A stretch of 64,000 bases of DNA. Source: a virus (Duplodnaviria; Caudoviricetes). Below are positions 43,754 to 53,900 of the stretch, one piece after another. Under the pieces are notes generated by a model. The model ran no database searches. It worked only from the letters and a program-made list of their open reading frames with translations, and was not told the DNA's origin. The stretch spans positions 1 through 64,000 of IMG/VR virus record IMGVR_UViG_3300005662_000030. One strand, given 5' to 3'. A program made the position numbers and the translations under genes. Within the stretch, counting starts at the first letter, position 1, and each line of letters starts with the position of its first letter.

Positions 43754-44923
43754 GTGGCAATAATTAATACAAAGAGCAAAGAACAAATGCTTATAGCTAC
43801 CTTAGATAGCTTAAATAAAAATGTAAATATTAGCTCTGTTTCACCAGGTTCTATAGCTAGAGCTTTTGCAGAGGCAATACATTCTGAAATTAATGACCTT
43901 TACAATTCATTGAAGGTTAGCGTGGAGCAATCAAATTTGTCCACCGCTTCTGGTATGAACTTAGACATGATAGGCTCTCTATATAATGTACCTCGTAGGA
44001 CAATTTCGTCAGAACTTGTACCAGAAAGAACAACTGGAAACATAGAATTCTTTTTAAATACTACAAACTCTACAACCATAACAGTTCCACAAGGTACATT
44101 GGTTTATAACGACACAACAAGTTTTTCGTCAACGCAATATCAATATGAATTATCTGCTGATGTTGTAATTCCAGCTGGGAACACTAGAGCTTACGGAACT
44201 GTTAAAGCTAAATTTGCAGATAATAATATTACTGCATCTAGAAACACTTTAGTAAAACATAATTATATAGCTCCACCTGGAGTAATAGTTTACTGCAATA
44301 ACCCAAAAGAAGTTTATAGTAGTTTAAATTCAGAATCAGACGATAACTATAGAAGAAGAATAGTTTCTTCTATTAGGGGATCTAGTAGCGGAACTTCAGA
44401 ATCAATCAGGTTTGCAGCTCTTTCTGTTAAGGGCGTGAGAGACGCTAAGATCAGAGAGGCTTCTTACGGTATAGGATCTTGTGATATTATTATCATTCCA
44501 GAAACTCAGTCTGGGATATCGACTATGAGTCAATTGGTTTATGAAAAAATTAAAGCTATTAAGCCTGTTGGTATTAATTTAAACTTAAGAATAGCCACTA
44601 AAAAACTTGTGGAAGTATCGGCTACCCTAACGCTTAGGGAGGGAACCACGTCTACCATCTCTAAGAGTGTTGAGAATCAAGCAAGAATTTTCTTGAATAG
44701 ATATTTAAATAGTTTGACCATTGGTGATTCTGTTTCTGTAGGTGAAATAGAAAGACAGATGAAGTTGGCTTCCGAATTGATAGTTTCAGTTGCGGTTAAT
44801 AATATTAAAGTAGATAATAGAAACATACCTAATAAAGATTATAGATTATCAGATGATAAAAGTTACATGGCTGCTGGTACTCTCAGTCTATTTTCTGTTA
44901 TAATGGGAGTGCAAAACTACTAG
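43754..44923 (+). CDS. Baseplate J-like protein
   Basis: PGSIARAFAEA, STASGMNLDMIG, ITVPQGTLV, ESDDNYRRRI, GTSESIRFAAL.VKGV, KPVGI. Confidence 0.88.
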   Translation: MAIINTKSKEQMLIATLDSLNKNVNISSVSPGSIARAFAEAIHSEINDLYNSLKVSVEQSNLSTASGMNLDMIGSLYNVPRRTISSELVPERTTGNIEFFLNTTNSTTITVPQGTLVYNDTTSFSSTQYQYELSADVVIPAGNTRAYGTVKAKFADNNITASRNTLVKHNYIAPPGVIVYCNNPKEVYSSLNSESDDNYRRRIVSSIRGSSSGTSESIRFAALSVKGVRDAKIREASYGIGSCDIIIIPETQSGISTMSQLVYEKIKAIKPVGINLNLRIATKKLVEVSATLTLREGTTSTISKSVENQARIFLNRYLNSLTIGDSVSVGEIERQMKLASELIVSVAVNNIKVDNRNIPNKDYRLSDDKSYMAAGTLSLFSVIMGVQNY

Positions 44924-44938
44924 AAAAAGGTATGGCTA

Positions 44939-46156
44939 ATGTCTGAACAAAGTTACTCTGTTATTAGAAAGCAGATAGTAAAAGCAAAAAATATGACTCA
45001 CGCTAGAATGGTAGCTGAGGGTTATGAAGATTTCCCAGGCGAAGTTCTTTACGATGATTGCGAAATTATCGAAACTGATGTAACTGAAATATGGGATGAA
45101 GAAGAACAAGAAGCACAGGTATTTTTAAATAGCCATGAAGCAACAGCTGCTGACCAGTCTATTTTTCTTAGGTCTGAAAATAGACGCTTAGCTAAGCTAG
45201 CTGAAAAGAGTAAAAACGTAAGAGATGAAGCTGTATATGCAGTCTACCAAGCAGCATATGATGCGTTTTCTTCTATCGATCCAACTCCTATTAAAGCCCC
45301 AGTCATCAAAAGTGCACCAGGGGTAGCCGAAACCGCCGTAGCAGTATTTGCCGACTGGCAATTAGGTAAAATAACTCCAGATTATAATTCTGAAGTATTG
45401 GCGGAAAGAATTGAAATCTACACCCAGAAACTACTGGAGATTACGGAGATCCAAAGAAGAGATCATCCAGTTAAGAATCTACACGTCTGGCTTTTAGGTG
45501 ATATCGTAGAGGGTGAAGAAATTTTCCCAGGACAGGCACACTTAATCGATTCAGGTCTCTATAGGCAAGTTGGTGTAAATGGTCCAGCAATTTTGACTAA
45601 GTTCTTTGACACAGTGCTCCAGCATTTTGAGCACATTCATGTGACTGGTGTAATTGGAAACCATGGAGCTGTTGGCGGCCGCGCCAGAAAGCAACATGAT
45701 CCAGAAACAAATATGGACAGACTTCTTTACAAGTCAGTAGAATTCTTCTACAAAGAAGGAAGAAAAGAACCAAGAATTACCTTTAATATTCCTGAAGGAA
45801 AAGGCGAGAGACACTGGTATGCCGTAGACACTATAGGAAACTATAGTTCTTTGCTAATTCATGGTGACCAAATGCCTGCACCAGGACAGTATTATGGCTA
45901 CTATAAGAAAGCAATGGGATGGAAAGATGGTGCTGTTCCAGAGCACTTTGAAGATATATTTATGGGTCATTACCATCAGCAATTTAAGATGACCATAGGA
46001 AGATCAATGCTTAGAATCTCTGGTTCTCCAGAAAGTTACAACACCTATGCCCAAGAATACTTCTCTTCAATGAGTAGGCCTTGTCAGCACTTGATGTTTG
46101 TTCATCCAGAAAATGGAGTTACTTGTGAGTACAGCATTTGGCTAGACGCAGTTTAG
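44939..46156 (+). CDS. Calcineurin-like metallophosphoesterase
   Basis: Complete set of metal-binding motifs: FADWQLG, LLGDIVEG, GNHG, IHGD, MGHYH. Confidence 0.85.
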   Translation: MSEQSYSVIRKQIVKAKNMTHARMVAEGYEDFPGEVLYDDCEIIETDVTEIWDEEEQEAQVFLNSHEATAADQSIFLRSENRRLAKLAEKSKNVRDEAVYAVYQAAYDAFSSIDPTPIKAPVIKSAPGVAETAVAVFADWQLGKITPDYNSEVLAERIEIYTQKLLEITEIQRRDHPVKNLHVWLLGDIVEGEEIFPGQAHLIDSGLYRQVGVNGPAILTKFFDTVLQHFEHIHVTGVIGNHGAVGGRARKQHDPETNMDRLLYKSVEFFYKEGRKEPRITFNIPEGKGERHWYAVDTIGNYSSLLIHGDQMPAPGQYYGYYKKAMGWKDGAVPEHFEDIFMGHYHQQFKMTIGRSMLRISGSPESYNTYAQEYFSSMSRPCQHLMFVHPENGVTCEYSIWLDAV

Positions 46157-46167
46157 GAGTTTAATAA

Positions 46168-49100
46168 ATGAAAACTTATTTGTTAAGCTTTAACGCTGGA
46201 GATTTTACCAAGGACGGCAAATCTTGGACCTCTAGCGCTATTGACCTCTATTCAAATAAGTTTTACACAAACTTCTCATATACTAAGTCGGCAACTGGAT
46301 TAAATTCTTTAGGTGACTATACTTTCACTGGAACGGAGATATTGGCTGATGCCACTCCAACCATAGAGGGTTCATATGCAGTAACTAACTATGGTGAACT
46401 TTATCAAGATCCAGGTCTAAGTCCTCACTTATATTTTGATGTAAATTCAATCGATGGTGATAACCTTGTGTTTGATCCAGACGCCGACGCCACCTCAACT
46501 TTTACAGCTGATTCAACAGACGATTATTTGTATAGATTTATTGATACATCTTCTCGTATAGACATAAGAACATTTAAAGGCGCTTTTTCTAGCTCATTAA
46601 ATAGCGTTGAGTCAATTACTTTTGGTCTTGAAATATATGAATCAGACAATGTAGATCGGACCATGGTTACTTTCAGTAACTACTACATCTAATGCACTTG
46701 GTTCAATTCTTCTATCTAAGAATTCAAAAAGGTACGCAAAATTTGTTGTAACAGTTAACACAGAGTTGGAAACTTTAACATCTCTAAGTTTCCTTCTTTT
46801 GGTAGAAGTAGCAATATCAGAACCATCTAATCCAGTTTTATCAAGAGCAGCAAAAAATGTATTAGGAAGATTTCCATCCTGGATGTCTCTATATGAGGAC
46901 TCATTAGATCAAGCAACCCCTAGTCTGTACATTCCTCAGTCAACTGCAGGAAAGTTTGTAAACTCTATATTAGGTGAGACTTTAGATAATTTTGATAGAG
47001 AAATAGATTTATATAGAATTAATTCGTTTATAGATAGAGCTGATTTGGATCAGCTAGCCTGGGTGTACTCATCAACAGATGTAACAAATGTTTTCAATAA
47101 GGTATTAGCTAACAATGTTGAATTGTCTAGGGTAGATAATCTTGTTGATTTTTATAAATCAAAACCTTCTGAATATATTTTCTATCACAATCCAATAAAT
47201 AGAGAGATACTTACATTATCTTCTTTTAATAACTTAAGAATAAAGAGTGAAAATACTGGATTAATAACAGAGCTTCAGCAAACTCCTGTATTAAAGTTCA
47301 ATTGGTTTGATGAGCTTGGAGCTAGAGTTGGTTTATCTAGACTATATCTAGAGTCTAACTCATCATTTAAGCAAAGAATATTAGACGTATTTAAAAACCC
47401 AAACGGAGTAGATTTAGAATCATTTAAGAAAGTCTTAAGAAGAGAATTAAATCTTTGGAAAGCTTTTGGAGTTGAGCCGTCATCTTCTTATGCGGGTGCA
47501 ACACCAGAAGTAATGGAAATTTCTGATTTAGAATATTCAACTCCATATTTTACAGCAGATGGAAATCCAACTGAATCATTTAAAGATTTGGTAGAAGAAT
47601 TGAATATAAGATATCCAACTAACTGGGGATACTTTAGGTTTGGAGACAGCATCTGGGACTATGCTGGAGATGACAGCGAAGGTGTTAACAGAATACGTTC
47701 CAGATACTATGATGATGAATTAAACTTTGACTACTATCAACCTGGTGTAGCTGATCTTTCAGACGGCAAAATTACAATCCAAAATTACGATGCCACTCCT
47801 AAGTTTTTTGAAACTACAATAGTAGCAAAAGGTAAGAGAAAAATTGGGACATCACTTAAGCATGAACCAGTTCTTGTTGACTATGAATATTATGGCTCAT
47901 ATGAAATAACTGAATATGAAAACCCTTCTGCGACTGTTAACTTTACGCTTGAGTTTCATGCAACTCCACACGGATCGTATGCAACACCAATAATATTTTC
48001 AGCACCATTAACTATCTATCCTAAAAATAATTTTGCCCCAACAAGTTCAGCCAGTCCTGAATTTTATCCAGTAAATATATTTGATACGGAAGGTTATATT
48101 TCTACTGATTTTTCACTTGTTGAAAAAAATACCCTGATACCCTATAAGAACACAAGAGGAACCGTTAGTAGTTCTAGATTAGATGTAATAAATCTACAGA
48201 ACATAGTTTTAAGAAATGGCTTATGGAATGGAACCACATATCTATCCACAAACTCAAATAATTTCATAGCAAAGTTTTCACACAGAAATCCAACTCTCAA
48301 TAGCTCATCAACGCTATTGTCAGCTACCCCAAACTTTGGACAGAGCACACAACTTCAAGTAGTATCATCTTTGTATAATCCAGTACAAAAAACAAAACGC
48401 ACGATTTCTCAAAGTAATTTTTTCTTTTTAAATGATGTAGCTACTCCTCCAAGTATTTATGAAGTAGATCATAACAGAATCATAAACAACATAGTCATGC
48501 CAGTCGGCGCTACTCCAAAGTACGTGCATATAAATAATATTAAACCATTAACTGCTCAAACTGATTACATAAATGATTCATCTATATATTCTGGATTTGG
48601 TGGAGTTTCATATTACCTAGAAGTAGATAGCGATGTTTATATTCCATCTTCTCCAAACATTGTGATGAATTATTATGGTTCAAATTTAGCTACTCCAATC
48701 GGAAACTCTAAAATTGGATCAACAACAATCAATTCTGGACAAGCTACCGCATCATATTACTTTACAGAATTATCTTATCCATATGGCGGAACGCCAAACT
48801 TACTAACTGTTAACACAGTAAACAGTAATGCCTATCCATTTACGATAATTGATTGGGAGGGATTTGAGTTAACTAGTTCTACCCCAATTTCTGGATATGT
48901 AGATGAAAATGGTATTGTAAATTATGATGTTACGCAAGGTGAATATGTTCCAGGTAAAAACTCTAATTCAATCTTAATACCAGAATTAACTAGAGAAAGC
49001 TTTGGTATTTCTGGTTCTGAAAAGTTTGAATACTTTTTTGAAAACATAGAAATATTAGATCCAACCAATTTAGATGTATCTATTTGGTCAGAACAAAAAA

Positions 49101-50944
49101 TAGTTAACCCATTTTTAAATAGAACTTACGTACTAAATGCAAACGATATAGATGCCATATACGATAATGTTAATTACACTACAAAGACTATGAGTTATCC
49201 AGATAATTCAATTATGGAATCTTATGACTTAGAAAGAAATACAACTGTATTTACCAATTTCACAGCAAGAGGAAAGCTATTTGATTCGAAGTTAGACACC
49301 AGAATAAACACTGGTTGGATTAACGTTGATAAAAACGAGTACTATATCTACGCTAAACCAGTTACTCAAACTTTCTTGGGAGTACTAAAAGAGATAACTT
49401 TATCAGAAACTCCAAAACAAGGTGCTCCAGTAATAGTTTCGGTATCAGATATTGGCGCGGCAACTCCAAATGAATTTACAGAAATTGCATTCCCAGATGA
49501 ATCTACTCCTAGACAATTTGGTTTTTATAATATTCAAATTCTTCAACCTAGATTTGACAATAGTTTTTATCTAGGATATAAAGATGTATATGATCTTTCG
49601 ATAACTGATGGATTAACTGGCGAAACTTTATTTACTAATTTGTCTACAGAAAATTCATATATTAAGTTAAGTACAAATACGTATCAATTTGTAAAAGATA
49701 GAGATTACTCTATAAAATATAAAGTAAAAAATTCTTATTATATAGACAACATATTAGATGGAAGTGAATATTACTCAACTATAGTCTTCGACGCCACACC
49801 TAGTGCAACTATGAACTATAGCGTTACATACGAATCTTCAGCCTATGAGAGTTCTACACCAGTTGGTTTAAATTTTGGACAAACTTCATCACTACTGGAT
49901 CAGGGATATATTACGCTTTCAACCAGATCATATCCATTTGATTATGCAAAAGTATATTTTTCTACAGGTTCTATTTTAGATGATGGAAAAGACTTTACTA
50001 CGATAAGCATTGTTTCTTTAGATACTCTCGGAAATCCTAAGCCGTATCAAAGCTTTCAGCTGTCATCTTCTGGGTCTTCTTTGCTTTTTAATAGTGAAAT
50101 TATAACAACCGATGAAGAAGGTTTTGCTACCACCACTGCAACTTATATTGGAGATATCTACCTAACGGATAATACAATTATGGTATCAGTAGACGGTATT
50201 ACGCAATTAGATAATCCTTTGGCAAATGCGGAAAGTGAATCTACTGGATTCTCCATAGATACGCCTATGATGATTTTCTCGTCAAGAAAATCTACATCAG
50301 ATCTAAACGCGGTAGCTAACCCAGATAGAATTAACGCTGACGGCATATCTTCGGTTGTTATATCTGGAATATTAACTCAAGATAAAGCACCAGTTTCAGG
50401 TAAGATAGTTTACTGGAGAAAAGCTAGAAGTCTATACTCAGCATTAAACAATACCTCATATTCCACTTCTCAGTTGCCCCCATCGAGTTCTTCGACATCT
50501 GGTGCTGTAACTACTGACTCTAATGGAAAGTTTGAAATAGGACCAATAGTTTCTCAGGATAGAGCAACACCAGGATATTGGTTTATGGCAGTGGATTCAG
50601 AATTGTCAGCAACGGCGACTGTAAGTCCAGTTACAACTGTTGGAGATACTATATTCTGGTATGAATCATATGATAATATAGATATTAATTATGTTCAAAA
50701 TCTTAAAATTCCAGATGTTATTAATTATAATTTAGACAATTCCTTGGACTTTTATGCTACCCCAATGTTTAAAGTTAGTTACTATAACCAAGGCGTTATA
50801 GAAGTAAGCGACCCTGCTCCTAGATGGAGTCCGCCAGAATGGTTCCCTGTCGATAGATATCAACAATATCAGTCTGGATATTTAGGGGCAACACCTTATG
50901 TGGTTTCAGATTATTCTAATTTAAATAAAGATTATGAGGATTAA
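46168..50944 (+). CDS. Large baseplate wedge/tail protein with C-terminal invasin-type Ig-like (Big_1) domains, ~1,591 aa; needs a +1 shift at 46657
   Basis: ORF 46168 reaches CGG at 46657; the +1 frame (GPWLLSV...) is open for 36 codons into ORF 46766. Wedge-like FDELGARVGLSRL...ESNSSFKQRI. Big_1-like ILDDGKDFTTISI..LDTLGNP...TTDEEG and INADGISSVVISG...TTDSNGK. Confidence 0.65.
46657..46660 (+). other. CGGA +1 recoding site 10 (codon 164)
   Basis: GAT|CGGA|CCA; gives YESDNVD-G-PW. Confidence 0.75.
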
Positions 50945-50946
50945 TT

Positions 50947-53900
50947 GTGGAAAAATTTAATTTAAATACTGATGGAACAGATCAAATTAAGATAAGAAAA
51001 ACCACAAATCTTCCAGTTGATGATTCTTCAACGGCACTAGCTTGGTTTAATTCAAAACCAGTTACTCCAGGAAATAATATTTCTATAACAGATCTTTCTA
51101 ATTTTATTCCAGAGAATTCTTATTCTTCAAATATTAACGCATCAAACGCAGTAGCTAAAAACAAACTAGCATTTGCAAATGAACTTGGTATCCTAGAAGA
51201 TTCTGATGGCAATACAGTTTTTGATTCTGATGATATCAGTGTTAGTGATCTATTTTTAAATTCACCAGCTTACGATAAAAAGTATTATATTGGAGATATA
51301 AATAGATATGGTTTTGTCCATTCATTTTATGTTTCTAGATATTATACATTGTTACCTAGGGATTCTTATTCGTTTAATGGGTTTGATGATTTCTTAGCTG
51401 AAGCTTCAGTTCCTAAATCAATTAAAGTAATTGATGAAAATGGATTAGAATACATAGATCCAGATACTGGATTGAAAAAATATAGAGTACTTATTGAACA
51501 ACTAGACTTGGATATTTATTCTGAAAGAACAACTCTTCCATCTAAAATAATTGTTTTATTTGATGGTCCTTCGCCAAAAAATCTTTCACTTTCATATGAC
51601 AAAGTGTCACTATCTTCAACGGAATCAATATCCACAGTAGTTCCTCAATATAAGGAAAATATTAATACTGTAAGCATCTTTGAAAGAGTAAGTGAAGAAT
51701 CTTTTGTTGTTGATAACTCATCAAGAAACAAGAAGATATATGCTAAAAAATCAATAACCACTAAAAACAATTTAGTTAATAGTACTAATCATAAAGCTGA
51801 AGGCTTTGAGATATTTGTTCCAAAGAAAGCTTTATCAGACAATAGAACGTATGAGTCTTTTAACTGGAGATTAATTACAAAGGTTAAAAGATCAATTGAT
51901 GTTTCTTCTGTTAATAATTCTGAAGAAATTGATAGTGAATCAAACCTAAGGCAAAAAGTAGTCAACTGCGCTGTACTATGTACAACTGCTCAACTTCAGT
52001 CCATGAGTGTTGATGGAAGATATGGTTCTGTTAATCCTTATGTTTTCTATAGACTAGAGCAATCGCCATTCAACGCTTCTAAATATACTTTTGAAAATCC
52101 AAAAGCTGTCACTACTGCAGCAGGTAAAACATCTGCGCTGTATTGGTTATTAGATATAGATACAGTAACAGATGAAGATTTGGCTCAATATGATATTTTA
52201 ACTTGGACAGCAACATCTTCCATAACTATAAACCAGGGTTTAAAACTAAAGAAGTATATGCAGTCTACTCAGGGTAGTCTTGTTTTAGATCTATCTCAAG
52301 TAAGTAGTGGGGCAGAATCCATAGATTCAAGCCTAACTGTATCTTCAGATCTTTATTCTTTGGACACATGGACATATAATACATCAAATTTTTTCTTAGA
52401 CGAAAACAAGAATAATGCATGGCCGATAACATCAAGTGTTTTTGAAAGATTAACAGTTGACAATCAAAACTATGATGTTTATTCTATATTTGGAAGAAGT
52501 AATTTATCTAATTTAACAACTAAGAAAACGGTGAAAGAATTTAATTCAACTATTTCTGAATCAAATATTGTTTTAAAAAATTCAAGAAGCAAACCGATAT
52601 TTGTAAGTCTTGAATTTGCACAAGCCTCTGACTCTTTGTCTAGGGGAACACTGCTAGCCACCACAACACCGATGCTTAAATACTGCAATGATCTATATCA
52701 GCCATCTTCAATCTTTGATATAGCGATCAGCAATAGCGGTTCAACATCGTTAATTGAACCAACATTTACTACCGTAGCTTCTATAGAAGGGCCAATGAAA
52801 CTTTTGTACAATGCTGTTTCGGTAGCCTTATTGAGTAGAGCTTTTTCTAAAAAAACAAAAGATATTAGATCATCTATGTATTACCAATTGTCTAATTGGG
52901 AATCATCATACGTTATGAATGGTAACGTTTTATTGGAAGATGAAAAAAAAGAAGTGTATTCTTTAATTAGAGAAGGAAATACTAATGCGCTTGGCACATC
53001 TAAGTACGCTAGAAATCTTCTTCCTAAAAACTCTTCTATCTTAGAATTCTATAAAAAAACAATTTATGACTTCTTAGCAGATCAGCATAGCCTTTCTATT
53101 CAAGAAATAGATTTAAACAATTTAGAATTTTATATAGAAGTTACAAATGATGATGTAGTTATAGCTAACGCAACAAAAATTGTAAAAGATTATTCTTCTT
53201 CAGATGTGGAAGAAATACCCACTTCCTATAACTTATTTAAAATAAGCAGAGACAATATCAATTCAACAATGTATGCGTACACCGATTCACCATCAGCTCA
53301 ATTCGTTATCCCTGGTGGTTTTGGCCCTTATGTGATAAGAGAAAGATTGTATAGATCCTCAGTTAAAGAGATCAACGATAAATTGTCCAATTATATATCA
53401 TCAGCAAACGTTTATAAGAATTATCCTTTTAGTTTTTCTATATTTAATTCATATAATCAATCAACAGAATCTCCAGTAAGCTTTAACGCAAACTGGTCAG
53501 CAACAATGACCGCTGAGTATACTGCTCAACTATCTAGACAAGCAAGATATGAAGATGTTTATCCACCAGGTTCAAAACTGTTAAATGATGATGTAAATTT
53601 AACAGCTATTTTTGAAACTGGAGAAGCATTTTCCGGTGCCGATAGAATTGATGCTTATAGGCAGGGAATAAATAATAACGATCCAGTCAATAACTTTTTG
53701 TATACTGGAGATATCCAAGCTGGAAACATTCTTGGGGCCTATGGTGTTGGTAAGCCAGGAATGCTTGTTGACTATATTAAATACATACAGATAAGCATGA
53801 GAGAAGCTGGCATTTTAGTTAATGGAACACTCCCGCAATTAACTGGTAAATATGAAACAAATACTTTTAATGCAGTAAAAGCTTTTCAAACTTCTGTTGG

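Noticed and set aside
6870-44923. Bacterial extracellular contractile injection system or tailocin rather than a phage
   Set aside because: Head-tail adaptor/closure-like genes, giant tape-measure-region proteins, phage-type accessory genes and the absence of host housekeeping genes or an eCIS AAA+ ATPase favour a large phage, although no capsid gene is in the window.
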